The notes: generated by a model not told the origin, from the sequence alone. A DNA stretch of 64,000 nt from Dehalococcoidia bacterium (GCA_965219085.1 OZ244720.1:3072001-3136000), one strand, 5' to 3'. Counted from the stretch's first letter, positions 40,661 to 51,723 are shown. A program made the numbers and translations.

Positions 40661-42415
40661 CGTGGGAATGACAACTCCATTTGGGAGCGCCAGGCGAACT
40701 GGTGCGTGGGCAGGAGGTGCAAGTCCTCTGCGGCGAAGGAGCAAGTCACTCCACGCCGCTCCGCGAGCCGTGCGCGGGTCATCGTGAGGTGGGTCGTGAA
40801 GCGTCGGTAGCGGGGTATGTGGGCGGAGCTATCGAGCATCGAAAGGGCAATCTGGAGCGCCGAGGCCCTCCATTTGGTCGAAGGCAACACCGGCGGCGGC
40901 GCTACGGGCGAGTCGTCGTCGGGCTCCACGGTGTCGAAGAACTCAGGCACGCATACACGTCCAGCACCGGGACCTGGGAAGGCTGCGCGCCGTCCCGGCG
41001 GGTCGTACGCCGGGACCGCATCGGGAAGGGAGGCAACCGAAGCCGATGATGGACGGAGCGCAGCAGTCTGACGCGGGCGTAGTAGCGAGGAAGGCGGCGA
41101 ACAAAGGGGCGCGAGTCCCGGCGGAGCCGCTGGACCGAAGGGCCGCGGCCGAGAGGAATCCGCGACGCACGGGCACGGTCCGGACGCAGAGCCGGGGAGC
41201 GGTGTCACCCGGGGCGGAGCGGATACGGCAGTTCGTAAAGGAGAAGCCGGGGGAGAGGCTCACCGCGCTCCTGCACCACATCACGCCGGAGGCGCTGCGG
41301 GAGGCGTACCTCGCGTTGAAGCGAGACGCGGCCCCGGGCGTGGACGGAGTGAGGTGGCGCGAGTCCGGGGACGGGCTGGACGAGCGGCTGCTCGACCTGC
41401 ACGGCCGCGTGCAGAGGGGAGCGTACCGGGCGAAACCCGTGAGGCGGGTCGAGATAGCCAAGCCTGACGGGGGCGTACGGCCGCTCGGTATCGCGTCGCT
41501 GGAGGACAAGATCGTCCAGCGAGCGGTGGTGGAGCAGATCCTGAATCCGATCTACGAGTCGGAGTTCTACGGCTTCAGCTACGGGTTCCGGCAGGGGCGT
41601 TCGGCGCACGACGCACTGGACGCGCTGGCCTACGCGGTGGACCGGCGCAAGGTCGGCTGGATCGTGGAGGTGGACATCCGCGAGTACTTCGAGCGCATCG
41701 ACCGGGAGCAGCTGATGGCGTTCCTGGAGATGCGGATCGGGGACCGGCGGGTGCTACGCCTGACCCGGAAGTGGCTGAACGCCGGCGTCATCGACGCGGG
41801 GCTTGCGGTCGACTTCGTGCGGGGGACGCCGCAGGGGGCGGTGATATCGCCGCTGCTGGCGAACGTCTACCTGCACCACGTGCTCGACCGCTGGTTTGCG
41901 CAACAGTGGCGACCGCGGGAGGTCTGGGGCGAGGCGTACATCGTGCGGTATGCCGATGACTTCGTCCTGGGGTTCCAGTACCGCAGTGATGCGGTGCGGT
42001 TCATGGAGGCGGTGCGGGAGCGGTTGGCAGCGTTCGGGCTGGAGTTGCACCCGGAGAAGACCCGTCTTGTGGAGTTCGGCAGGTTCGCGGAAGCGAACCG
42101 GCGGCAGCGCGGGGAGCGGCGACCGGATACGTTCGACTTCCTTGGGTTCACGCACTACTGCCGGACAACGCATGAGGGGCGGTTCGGACTGGGGCGCAAG
42201 CCCGTTGCGAAGCGGATGCGCCGCACGCTGCAGGCGGTCAAGGCCGAACTGCGGCGACGCATGCACGCGGACCCGGTGGTGACGGGGCGGTGACTTGGAC
42301 GGGTATTGCGTGGGTGGCTGGGCTACTACGCGGTGCCGACGAGCGCGCCGTCGCTGTCACGGTTCGTGCGGTTTCTGAGGCGGCTCTGGATGCGAGTCCT
42401 CCGCCGGAGTCACAG
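40660..42415 (+). mobile_element. Group II intron, 3'-truncated (5' end approximate)
   Basis: Domain I-like GGTGCAAGTCC and GAAGGCAACAC upstream of the RT; no domain V/VI seen after the ORF. Confidence 0.8.
41046..42415 (+). pseudogene. ltrA: Group II intron reverse transcriptase/maturase, frameshifted near 42290 and truncated in domain X
   Basis: APGVDG, RPLGIA, SYGFR, GTPQG..SPLLAN, RYADD, FDFLGF, then LRGWLGYY in the next frame. Confidence 0.92.
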
Positions 42416-43835
42416 CGGGGCTACTTCCCGCTCCTCGGCGACCTCTCGCTGACGGAGATGCACCGGGTGCATATCGGGCGCCTCGCGCTCGGCGGCGAAT
42501 GCCACGTAGAAAGCGTCGACGGATGTGCCGAACGCAGCCTCGAAGCTTCGGCGCCAGTCTCCGGACGAGCCCAGGGACTGGAAGAACGTGATGAACGCCG
42601 AGCCACCGGTAGAGGATGCGTCGCCCTGAATCGCCGCTGCCTGTTCCTCCAGCGACTCCACAGCCAGCGCGCTGAGGCTGTCCGCGGACGGTCCGGCCCT
42701 ACGATACGGCGCCTCGCCTTCGAGTTGATCGAGGGGTGGAAGCGAGTTCGCCCGGACGTGTGCCCGCCGGTCCACACGCAGCTGCGCTGCGTTTGTCTCG
42801 CCTCGCGCCTGCTGGTCCAGGCCGCTCGCGTAGGCGGAGGCACCCTTCGACAGCCAGGCCGGGACGGCGTGATCGCCTGCCCACTGCCGCTGGAGCAGGT
42901 ATGAGTACTCGCGGATGAGCACAGGCCCGGTCGCGGCCTCCTCTACGACCGGGCGACCCAACACGATCTCGCTACGGGTGGTCGTGACGAGTCCGGAGAG
43001 TCGTGGATCGAGGACCACCGAGAACTCCGGTGGGAGGATCCCGTACTGTTCGGCATAGAGGCCAACACCGAGGCCGTAGCGCCCGGATCTCGGCCTGGTG
43101 CTCGTCTGGGACGTCGCCGGCAACTACGAACTGCGTGCGCGCAGTCCCTGACTGCCACCAGCGCGCGTCCGGGGACAACTCGACCCAGAGCGCGTCGCCC
43201 AGGTACAGCTCGCGCAGCGTGTTGGCGGAGTCCGTCCATCCCGGTCTGTATTGCTCGTACCGTTGCGTTCCCGCGTTCCACAGGGAGAGTCTGGTCAGCG
43301 CGTCCCCGAACCGGGCGACTGTCTCCTCGACCGGCATCCCCTCGCGGCCGGTCCAGCCGACGAGGCTCCGGCCCGCGTGCAGAGACAGCAACACGGGATC
43401 CTCGACCACCGGCCGCGTCCACTGCACTGTTGCCGTGCCGCCGATGTACATCCACACGCCCAGACCCGGCGTGAGCGGCGGGAGACGGCGGTTCGACGGA
43501 TTGTTGCGGGTTGCCCACCCGTATCGCTGATGCTCGCCAAGCCAGACGTAGACGCGCTCCAACTCCGGGACGGCCTCGAACAGCTCGGAGACGGGCGTCT
43601 CCGGTCCGAGCCACCCGAGCATGTTCCAGCCGGGCTGCAGCTCCGTCGTGACCACGTCGCCGCGAGGGCTCGTGACCGGATCCGCCCACGCGGGACGGGC
43701 ACTGGAGGTGAGCGCCACGCTGAGCACGAAGAGGACGAGGGCAGCGCGGAGCGTGTTGGCGAGACGCCTCAATAGGGTCGTTCCCTCACGGCAAGCAGCT
43801 GCGCATCGCCTGGGAGCGCGGCACCTCGCCTGCAC
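42416..43835 (-). pseudogene. Secreted protein with repeated PGWN-type domains; frameshifted and C-terminally truncated
   Basis: Signal peptide (AWA-D); LQPGWNMLGW and LHAGRSLVGW repeats; continues in ORF 42410-43123. Confidence 0.65.
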
Positions 43836-43934
43836 GGAGTATACGAACGAGCCTCGCCCCGCGGATTCGCGGCTGAGCGCGCGCCGCCCCCGACGTTCAG
43901 CGTCGGGGGCGGCCCTCGTCGGGCCTGGTCGGCG

Positions 43935-44663
43935 CTAGCCTTGAGCCCGCCGTCGCCTCCCAGTGACGGCCCTTGCCGCCAGCACCACCACGACCGCCGC
44001 GACCGCGACCGCGGCAAGAGCGCTCGCGCCGCTGTCACGTTCCGTGGCCAGGACGCCGTGGCCCGTCACCGGCTGCGCGGGTGCTGCGGCGCTCCCCGTC
44101 GTGCTCGCCATGAGTTGCCGCGGCTCCGTGCTCGTGAAGTCGATATCCCAGACGAACGCGCCATCCTCGATGCGGTCGGCGTTATGTTCGCCGATCTCGC
44201 CCGGCAGCTGGACACGCACACGCCCCCACGCGCCCGCGAGCAGTTCCGGTGGTGGCGGCGCCTCCGTGCCCGAGGGGTCGGCCGTTGGGGCCAGGACGGT
44301 GGCGAATCGCCATCCGCCCTCGCCGTCCGGCTGCAGTTCGAAGTCGGTCGCGAGGGCGTCGGACTCCGACGAACCCATCAGCAGCCCCAGCTGCTGGAGG
44401 TTTGCGAACGGCACCGCCATCTGGATGCCGGTGAAGCCATCTTCGCTGTACTCGCTGATTTCGGCCCCCGGCAGGCCGCCTTCGTCGAGATCGAGGGCCT
44501 GCTCGGTGGTGCTGCCGGTCATCGCCGTGAACTGGTCGCTGATGGCGACGAGCGCGCTCATCACGCCCGATCCGTCCGCGTTCACGGTGAACCCGAGCTC
44601 GTAGCGGATGCAGCCGACCATGGAGAAGGCTGTCACGGCCAGCAACAGGGTGAGCACTCGCAT
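43935..44663 (-). CDS. LppM/DUF3153-like lipoprotein with C-terminal hydrophobic anchor
   Basis: Lipobox MVGC; VNADGSG; LPGEI..HNAD..W. Confidence 0.75.
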   Translation of the reverse strand: MRVLTLLLAVTAFSMVGCIRYELGFTVNADGSGVMSALVAISDQFTAMTGSTTEQALDLDEGGLPGAEISEYSEDGFTGIQMAVPFANLQQLGLLMGSSESDALATDFELQPDGEGGWRFATVLAPTADPSGTEAPPPPELLAGAWGRVRVQLPGEIGEHNADRIEDGAFVWDIDFTSTEPRQLMASTTGSAAAPAQPVTGHGVLATERDSGASALAAVAVAAVVVVLAARAVTGRRRRAQG

Positions 44664-44841
44664 CCGGCGGATCGCAGCTCTCGTTGGTCCCATATCGGCA
44701 CTCCCATCCGTGCGCGCGCAATCCATATTACGACGAGGAGAGCACAGGTAGCAGGCACCCCGAGGCATCGTCGCTCTGCCGCGGGCGAGACGGCGCGGCG
44801 CGGGGTTGCTACCGTCTGCACGTCGGGAGAGGAGCGCCGCG

Positions 44842-45903
44842 ATGCGCGTGACAGCGATGTATGACCTGCGAGGCGTGATGGGCGACGCCACCGAGTGGGC
44901 GCGGCGGCACGAGGAACTCGGCTTCGACGCCATCCACTTCCCCGAGGTGGCCCGCAACCCGTTCACGTCGCTCACGCTCGCTGCCGAGCACACCGAGTCG
45001 ATCCGCGTCGGCACGAGCGTGGCGATCGCCTTCGCGCGCTCGCCATACGTGATGGCGAACCTGGGCTGGGACCTGCAGGAGTACTCCGGGGGACGGTTGC
45101 TGCTCGGCCTCGGCTCGCAGGTGAAGGGCCACAACGAGCGGCGCTTCTCCGTGCCCTGGGGTCCGCCCACCGCGCGCCTGCGCGAGTACGTCGGGACGAT
45201 GCGCGCGATCTGGCACACATGGCGCACCGGCGAGCGCCCCTCCTACGAGGGCGAGTACTACCGCTACACGCTGGACAGCTACGTGTTCAATCCGGGCCCC
45301 ATCGACTACCCCGACCCGCGGATCGCCATCGCGGCGGTGCGCCCTCGCAACACCGCGCTCGGCGCCGAGATCGCCGACGGCGTGATGTGGCACGGGATGC
45401 TGAGCTGGGCGTACCGGGACCAGGTGCTGCTGCCCGCCATCGAGGAGGGCGCACGTGCCGGGGGCAAGGACCCGAAGGACCTCGTCATCTCCGGTGGTGG
45501 CTTCGTCATCACGGCCCGCGACGAGGAGCGTCTGCAGGCGACACTCGGTGAGGCGCGGCGGCAGATCGCCTTCTACGCCTCGACGCGCACGTACCAGGAC
45601 AGCATCAAGATGGCGGGGTTCGAGGACGAGGGCGCGCTGCTGCACCGCCTCTCGATGGAGCAGCGCTGGGCGGAGATGGCGAAGATCGTCGACGACGACT
45701 TCATGGAGCAGTTCTCCATCGTCGCGACGTGGGACGAGCTGCCCGCGAAGATGGCGGAGCGCTACGCCGGCGTGAACACCGAGGTCGGCTTCGGCGCGGC
45801 TATCGAGACACCCGAGGACGCCGAGCACGCCCGCGAGGTGATCGAGCACCTACGCGCGATCCCGGCCTACGGCGAGGTGGAGCCGGCGGCCGTCTCCCGG
45901 TAG
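44842..45903 (+). CDS. F420-dependent LLM class oxidoreductase (TIGR03617-like)
   Basis: GTSVAIAFARSP, LGLGSQVKGHNERRFS, IAFYASTRTY. Confidence 0.9.
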   Translation: MRVTAMYDLRGVMGDATEWARRHEELGFDAIHFPEVARNPFTSLTLAAEHTESIRVGTSVAIAFARSPYVMANLGWDLQEYSGGRLLLGLGSQVKGHNERRFSVPWGPPTARLREYVGTMRAIWHTWRTGERPSYEGEYYRYTLDSYVFNPGPIDYPDPRIAIAAVRPRNTALGAEIADGVMWHGMLSWAYRDQVLLPAIEEGARAGGKDPKDLVISGGGFVITARDEERLQATLGEARRQIAFYASTRTYQDSIKMAGFEDEGALLHRLSMEQRWAEMAKIVDDDFMEQFSIVATWDELPAKMAERYAGVNTEVGFGAAIETPEDAEHAREVIEHLRAIPAYGEVEPAAVSR

Positions 45904-45924
45904 GTGACTGCGCCCTGAGCAGAG

Positions 45925-46170
45925 CTACGCGGCCGCGAACCGACCGACTGGACGCAGCGCCTCGCGGATCAGCGCCTCGTCGCTCGCGTCGATTCCCTCG
46001 AGCGAGACACCCCGGCTGACCGCGAGGAACTCGTACGCAAAGACGTTGCCCGCTCGATCAAGGTGAGCGATGCGCGTCTCGTCGAGGCGTTTGCCGCGCG
46101 CCTCACCACCCTCGGCGGTTCGGAGCGCGAGGAAGATCACATCGGCTTCGGAGTCGTAGCGGAGCTGCAT
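45925..46170 (-). CDS. DUF2283 family small protein
   Basis: MQLRYDSEADVIFLAL..D..G..YEFL. Confidence 0.7.
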   Translation of the reverse strand: MQLRYDSEADVIFLALRTAEGGEARGKRLDETRIAHLDRAGNVFAYEFLAVSRGVSLEGIDASDEALIREALRPVGRFAAA

Positions 46171-46203
46171 GCCGACCTGGTGCGCAGGTAGCGTCGAGGG
46201 GCG

Positions 46204-46653
46204 CTACGCGCGGGAAGGCAGCAGCACCATGCCCGTCGCGCGGGTCGCCATGCCCTCGCGGTCGTTCTGGATCGAGAGCTCGATCTCGACGACGTTGCCG
46301 TCCTCGGTCTGCTCCTTGCCGACGACCTCACCGCTCACCACGATCGTATCGTCCGGCATGTTCATACGGCGCATCTCGAAGTGGAGCTTGCGCACCCAGC
46401 CATCGGGGCCGGCGTAGTCGGAGAGCAGCCGGTAGAGGTTCGCGCGCGTCCAGCCGGTGTTGTAGAAGATCGTGCGGTGACCGCCCGACTGGGCGAACGG
46501 CGGGTCGTGGTGGACGGCGTAGAAGTCCTGCGAGCCGCTGACCTGCTTCACCATCTCGGTCCACGTGAGCTCGTAGCTGAAGCCCGCGATCTCGTCGCCG
46601 ACCTCCACGTCCTCGAAGTAGGTCTGCGGCAGCGGGTCGAGCTTGACGGCCAT
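46204..46653 (-). CDS. MaoC-family dehydratase
   Basis: YFEDVEVGD, SQDFYAVHHD. Confidence 0.85.
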   Translation of the reverse strand: MAVKLDPLPQTYFEDVEVGDEIAGFSYELTWTEMVKQVSGSQDFYAVHHDPPFAQSGGHRTIFYNTGWTRANLYRLLSDYAGPDGWVRKLHFEMRRMNMPDDTIVVSGEVVGKEQTEDGNVVEIELSIQNDREGMATRATGMVLLPSRA

Positions 46654-46679
46654 GATGTGTCCTCCCTCGCGAGGTGCGC

Positions 46680-47255
46680 TTACTTGGTCTGCAGGCCGAG
46701 CGGGTCGGGGTCGGCTTCGACCTCGGCCGGCTCGCGGTGGCGCAGGCCGGTGTTGCGGCTCATGGCCACCAGTTCGTCGTCCTGGTTGTAGAAGCGCGTC
46801 TCGTTCACGATCCAGATGGCGTTCGGATCGAGGCGGATGGGCTTCACGAACACGTCGGCCACCGAGGGCTGCGACCACAGCCGGTCGCCGATCCTGATCG
46901 GCCGCAGGAACTCCCACGTCGTGCTCAAGTTGATGGCGCGATCACCGAGCGCCGGCACGTCGAGCTCATCGTCGCCGCGGTCCGGCAGCGCCTGGCCCCC
47001 GTTCCAGGACGGCCACGTGCCGTCGCCGGCGAAGTAGTCCGCCATCACGCCGGGGGCGATGTTGTCGCCGTACTGGCTGTCGCGGCCGTACGCGGGGTCG
47101 ATGAACAGCGGGTTGGCGCCGTAGCACATGTGCTCATGGCGCCGAATGGGGTCATGCTCGACCGGGTAGAGCCCGTCGGAGCGCTCGCCCATCCTGCCGA
47201 TGTAGTCGGCGCGGATCTGGTCGATGTCGAAGTCTTCCGGGGCGACCTTGCCCAT
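46680..47255 (-). CDS. MaoC N-terminal/FAS1-like dehydratase partner
   Basis: NPLF.D..Y..IAP, WEFLRPIRIGDRL, NQDDELVA. Confidence 0.85.
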   Translation of the reverse strand: MGKVAPEDFDIDQIRADYIGRMGERSDGLYPVEHDPIRRHEHMCYGANPLFIDPAYGRDSQYGDNIAPGVMADYFAGDGTWPSWNGGQALPDRGDDELDVPALGDRAINLSTTWEFLRPIRIGDRLWSQPSVADVFVKPIRLDPNAIWIVNETRFYNQDDELVAMSRNTGLRHREPAEVEADPDPLGLQTK

Positions 47256-47350
47256 GCGCCTCCCCTTTCGTGTAGTGCTCGATTGCGGCGCCAGCATACC
47301 GTATGACGCCCGGTGATGGCTCGGTAGTCATGGGTCGTACGCCCCGCTCG

Positions 47351-48958
47351 CTACTGGATGCGCCAGAGCTCGCTCTCGGGGAAGAACACGAACCAGCCGA
47401 GCCAGAAGGCGATGTGCCCGTTGATGCGCTCCAGGCGTTCGCCCGAGGGGCCGACGAGCGCCTCCTCGGTCACCGTCCACGCTCCCCCATCCTCGTCGAG
47501 GATGGTGTCGGGATCGGGCCCCGGCGAGAAGCTGTTGCGCCCGCGCTCGAACGATCGGACCTCGCCCCCGTAGTCGTAGTTCGGCCACGGGATGCGCAGC
47601 ACGATGTCCTCGACGTCGGCGAGGCCGCGCGTGGCGACGAGCACGATCGGCGAGCCGGCGAAATCGTCGTTGAGGACCTGCTCCCGCGCGAGGTCGTCGA
47701 TGACCCAGGCCTTGCGGATGCCGCCGAGGCGCAGCCCGTAGACGCGCTGCTTGGGGTGCAGTTCGTCGCTCTGCCGGAACACCGGGAAGCGAATCTCGTT
47801 GGTGCGGAAGTAGTCGCCATAGGGCTGCCCGAAGATCTCGTAGAGGCGGTCGTGGCCGGTCCGGACGTCCAGCACCTCGGTCTCCGGGTGCTGTCCGAGC
47901 CAGTCGCGCCACGAGGTCGTCACGACGGGCAGGAGCTCGAGCTGTAGCGGGTCGGCGCCGGCTGCCGGTTCCACGGCGAGGGGACCGATCACGGGCCTGC
48001 CGGTGAACTGGTTCCACAGCGTGCGCGTCGTGCGGTCGTACATCAGCTTGTTGCTGCGGTAGAGCAGGCCCGAGGTGCCGAAGACGTAGGTGTTCCCGTC
48101 GGGCGCGCGGCCATCAAACGCGATGGCCGCTCCGCAGAGCGTGCAGTAGGCGAGCGAGACCGGGACGCCGCCGACCACGTCGTTGGAGAGTTCGTGCCAG
48201 TCCATGATGCGCACCGGGTACGCCATCGCCTCGCCGTTCAGCGCGATGCCGAAGACAGGTTCGTTGGGATCGAGGTAGCTGGCGTCGTCGGGGCTCAGGC
48301 GCCTCGGGTTGTCGAGACTCGGGATCCCGTCGACGCGCACCCCGCCCCACAGCACCTCTTCGACGCGGATGGTCGCGGGCGCGTCGGGCGCGAGGAATCC
48401 CGCGAACAGCGGGTCGATGCGCGAGATCAGCTGGCCCTTCCAACCGGTGAAGCCCGGCGGCGGTTCCAGGTCGGTGCGGGCGTACCAGTCGAACCACCCG
48501 TACCAGTGCGGCCCCAGGTCCACGCCGGACAGCGCGATGAGCGCGTCCTGGATGACGCGCAGCGATTCGATCCCCTGCACACTGCGATTGAAGCTGGCGC
48601 GGATGATCTCGATGAACGGGGCGATGAACCGGTAGTCCCGCGCTTCGAGGATGCGGTCGGTCGTGGTGATGGTGAGCTCGAGATTCCTGCCGGCTTCCAG
48701 CAGGTTCTCGAGCAGCTGGCGCGCCTCGGCGTCCGGGATGGCGGGCGTCGGCGTCGGCTCGGGCGTGGGCGCCGCCGCGGTAGCCTCGACCGCCTCCTCG
48801 ACCGTCTCCGCGACCGCCTCCTCGACCGGCTCCTCGGCGGGCTCGTCGCCCGTGCAGGCGGCGACGAACAGCAGGGCGAGCGCGAGCGCGGCGACGGCGA
48901 GTCGCCGCAGGGTCGAGATTGTGCTGGGGCCAGAACGCCCGTCGGGTCGAGCGCGCAC
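47351..48958 (-). CDS. DUF3179 domain lipoprotein (start uncertain)
   Basis: Lipobox VAAC; GGVRVDGIPSL, YCTLC, SGLLYRSNKLMYDRTT. Confidence 0.88.
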   Translation of the reverse strand: MRARPDGRSGPSTISTLRRLAVAALALALLFVAACTGDEPAEEPVEEAVAETVEEAVEATAAAPTPEPTPTPAIPDAEARQLLENLLEAGRNLELTITTTDRILEARDYRFIAPFIEIIRASFNRSVQGIESLRVIQDALIALSGVDLGPHWYGWFDWYARTDLEPPPGFTGWKGQLISRIDPLFAGFLAPDAPATIRVEEVLWGGVRVDGIPSLDNPRRLSPDDASYLDPNEPVFGIALNGEAMAYPVRIMDWHELSNDVVGGVPVSLAYCTLCGAAIAFDGRAPDGNTYVFGTSGLLYRSNKLMYDRTTRTLWNQFTGRPVIGPLAVEPAAGADPLQLELLPVVTTSWRDWLGQHPETEVLDVRTGHDRLYEIFGQPYGDYFRTNEIRFPVFRQSDELHPKQRVYGLRLGGIRKAWVIDDLAREQVLNDDFAGSPIVLVATRGLADVEDIVLRIPWPNYDYGGEVRSFERGRNSFSPGPDPDTILDEDGGAWTVTEEALVGPSGERLERINGHIAFWLGWFVFFPESELWRIQ

Positions 48959-49035
48959 GGGCGCTCCTCTCAGGAGCGGGGTGGCAACGCCTGCGCTACC
49001 AGCGTATCACCGGCGCGGGTGCGTCCTCGTGCGGG

Positions 49036-49362
49036 CTAGCGGACGAGGGCCCGTTCGACCGTCTCGGCGAGCCAGGCGTTCAGGCTCTTGCCCTCGGCCC
49101 GGGCCGTCTCAGTAGCCGCCCGGTGCAGTTCGGGTTGGATCCTCAACGGGATCTTGCCTGAGTAGGACTTGTCCGGAGTCCGCCCTCGTTCGGCGCACAC
49201 CTTGAGGTATTCGTCCACGGACGCTGCGAACGCCTCGTTCAATTCGGGGACCGAGGTTCCCTGGAACGTGATGACGTCGCGCGTGCCGACCACCTCGCCG
49301 TGGAACAGCCCCGCCTCGTCGTCGAACACGACCGCAGCGCGGTACCCGCCGTACTCCAACAT
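49036..49362 (-). CDS. hicB: HicB family antitoxin
   Basis: YGGYRA..FHGEV..DVITF..SVDEYL..YSGKIPLRI.PELH. Confidence 0.9.
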   Translation of the reverse strand: MLEYGGYRAAVVFDDEAGLFHGEVVGTRDVITFQGTSVPELNEAFAASVDEYLKVCAERGRTPDKSYSGKIPLRIQPELHRAATETARAEGKSLNAWLAETVERALVR

Positions 49363-49373
49363 GTGCCTGGCCC

Positions 49374-49620
49374 CTACTCGCTAGGCCGAACCCCTGCCGC
49401 TGCGAGGAACCTCCGTACCGCCGCTACCGATCCCTTGTTGGTTTCTTTGCGCGGATGGGGGCGGTGGAAGATGGCGATCACTCCGTTCAGCTCGACCGCC
49501 ACGCGGGAGCTGGCCCGCTCCTCCACATCCGCGCCGCACGCTCGCAGAAGCGACTCGATGTCGTCCCGGCGGATGCCCGCCTGCACCGGCTGCCGAAAGA
49601 CAGCCGGTGGCGAGTGACGG
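49374..49620 (-). pseudogene. hicA: HicA family toxin, 5' end lost
   Basis: DIESLL..G..E..SRV..FHRPHP; no usable start codon before the upstream gene stop. Confidence 0.75.
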
Positions 49621-49624
49621 CGCG

Positions 49625-50038
49625 CTACGCAGGCTCGAACACCGGGATCGGGTACTCGCCCTCGTCTTGCTCCTCGAACGCCACGCGCACGCGCATCCCG
49701 CACTCGATGTCCTGCGTCGGGTCGTCGATGCCGACGACGTTCGTGAAGACACGGAACCCCTCGTCGAGGTCCACGTACGCGACGGCGTACGCGCCGAGGT
49801 CTGCGAAACGCGGATTCCTGTTCTGGCGTACCACCGAGTAGGTGTAGACCGTGCCCTCGCCGCTAGACGTGTGCGACGCGAGGTCACCTGATCCACAGCT
49901 CGTGCAGTGCAGCCGGGGCGTGAACACGACCTCCTCGCAGGCGTTGCATTGCTGGTAGCGCAGTTCGCGCTGCTGGACGCCCTCCCAGTACGAGGCGGTG
50001 TTCGGCTCGGGGAATCGTGGTTGTGGTCGGTTTGGCAT
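49625..50038 (-). CDS. Zn-ribbon/OB-fold (DUF35) protein
   Basis: CNAC..CTSC, GTVYTYSVV, VDLDEG; follows thiolase. Confidence 0.9.
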   Translation of the reverse strand: MPNRPQPRFPEPNTASYWEGVQQRELRYQQCNACEEVVFTPRLHCTSCGSGDLASHTSSGEGTVYTYSVVRQNRNPRFADLGAYAVAYVDLDEGFRVFTNVVGIDDPTQDIECGMRVRVAFEEQDEGEYPIPVFEPA

Positions 50039-50079
50039 TGCTGTTCTCCCGTTGTGTTGGCTGGTCGGAGCGGTCGACG

Positions 50080-51282
50080 CTAGTCGCGCGCGAGGATGAC
50101 GGTGCCGCCGGAGTGCGACCCGCCCAGCGTGCCGCCGGTGCCGTGCGCCACCGCCAGGCTCGCGCCGTCGACCTGCGAGGTCGACTCGCCACGCAGCTGC
50201 CGCGCCGACTCGAGCAGCAGGAAGAGCCCGCGCATGCCCGGGTGGTTCGAGGACAGACCGCCGCCGTCGGTGTTGAGCGTTGGCTTCAGCCGGTTGTCGA
50301 AGCGCAGCCGGCCACCCTGCACGAAGTCGCCGATCTCGCCCTTGCCGCAGAACCCGAGGTCCTCGAGACACGCCGCCGTGGTGATCGAGAACGAGTCGTA
50401 GATCATCGCGATGTCGATCTCGTCCGGCGTGATGCCGGCCTGCCCGTAGGCGATCGGCGCGCTCTGCGCGCCCGCGGTGGTGGTGATGTCGCCGCCGTTC
50501 TCGCGGTACTTCGTGGCCTCGCCCGTGCCGAGGATCCAGACGGGCGGCTTGTTGATGTCCTGCACCACCTCGGGCGAGACGATCACGAGCGCGCCGCCGC
50601 CGTCGCTGACCATGCAGCATTCGAGGAGGTGCAGCGGGTCGGCGATGACGCGCGAGTCGAGCACCTCGTCGATCGTGATCTCGCTGACGGGGTGGACCGC
50701 GCCGAACTCGAGGTCGTTCATCGCCTTGACGGCCTCGGGGTTGCGCATCGCGTGCGCGCGGGTGACCACGGAGAGCTCGGCGAAGGCCTCCTCGGGCGTG
50801 CCGTACTCGTGCATGTGCCGCATCTTCACCATCGCGTAGCCGGAGATGAGCGTGAGGCCGTACGGGTCTTCCATGTTGCCCTGCCAGTTGGCGGGGCCCT
50901 GGCCGGTCATGCCGCCCGTGCCGATGGCGCGGCGCTCGGAGTGCGACGTCGAGCCGTAGCTGAGCACCGCGATCTTGCACGCGCCCGCGGCGATGTCGCG
51001 CAGGGCGTGCGCGGTCTGGAACTCGAACGCCGAGCCACCGACCTGCGTGGTGTCCGTGACGGTGGGGTTGATGCCCATGTAGGCGGCCATGCCGAGGCCG
51101 CCGCCGCCCTCGCCCTCGTCGCAGTCGTAGAGGCCGTCGACGTCGGACCATTCGAGGCCGGCGTCCTGTAGGGCCGCGCGGATCGACTCGATCTTGATCT
51201 GCATCGAGTTGACGCCGGGTGCGACGCGCAACGGGTATTCGTGGATGCCGGCGATTGCCGCCAGGCGACTCTGGGTGGCCAT
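50080..51282 (-). CDS. SCP2-type thiolase family protein
   Basis: HAMRNP, DGGGA, YDSF, NTDGG.L..HPG. Confidence 0.9.
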   Translation of the reverse strand: MATQSRLAAIAGIHEYPLRVAPGVNSMQIKIESIRAALQDAGLEWSDVDGLYDCDEGEGGGGLGMAAYMGINPTVTDTTQVGGSAFEFQTAHALRDIAAGACKIAVLSYGSTSHSERRAIGTGGMTGQGPANWQGNMEDPYGLTLISGYAMVKMRHMHEYGTPEEAFAELSVVTRAHAMRNPEAVKAMNDLEFGAVHPVSEITIDEVLDSRVIADPLHLLECCMVSDGGGALVIVSPEVVQDINKPPVWILGTGEATKYRENGGDITTTAGAQSAPIAYGQAGITPDEIDIAMIYDSFSITTAACLEDLGFCGKGEIGDFVQGGRLRFDNRLKPTLNTDGGGLSSNHPGMRGLFLLLESARQLRGESTSQVDGASLAVAHGTGGTLGGSHSGGTVILARD

Positions 51283-51380
51283 ACGTGACTCCTTCGACGG
51301 GCGCCGCGAGGATGCGACGCGTTACGCCGCGCACTACAGCACTCGCACGCGAGCGCGTCAACGCCGGGCCAGAGATCACG

Positions 51381-51698
51381 CTACGTGGTGCGGACAGGCT
51401 CCACGGAAGCCAGGCGCTGGGAGAGCCGATCGCTCGCGACCTCAAGTTCGTACTGAGTCTGCAGGCCCATCCAAAACTCGGCGCTGTTACCGAAGTACCT
51501 TGAGAGCAGCAGCGCTGTTTCCGCGGTGATGGAGCGTTCTCCGTGCACGATCGCGTGGACGCGGCGCGCGTCAACGCCAATCGCCTTGGCGAGCCGGTAC
51601 TGGCTGATGTTCATGGGGATGAGGAACTCCTCGTTGAGGATTTCCCCAGGGTGGATGGGAGGCAGCCTGCTCTCTTGGAGTGCCGTTGTGATGGTCAT
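51381..51698 (-). CDS. higA: HigA antitoxin
   Basis: PIHPGEILNEEFL..ITAETALLL..FWMGLQ. Confidence 0.93.
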   Translation of the reverse strand: MTITTALQESRLPPIHPGEILNEEFLIPMNISQYRLAKAIGVDARRVHAIVHGERSITAETALLLSRYFGNSAEFWMGLQTQYELEVASDRLSQRLASVEPVRTT

Positions 51699-51723
51699 GG
51701 TAGTCCCGCTTTCCGCTCCGGTC

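Noticed and set aside
41046-42293. Retron, DGR or defence-associated RT
   Set aside because: YADD, domain X and the upstream structured region are typical of group II introns; repeat mismatches in the window are not adenine-specific as a DGR would require
47351-48958. DUF3179 as a second selenoprotein
   Set aside because: The motif is CTLC with no in-frame TGA
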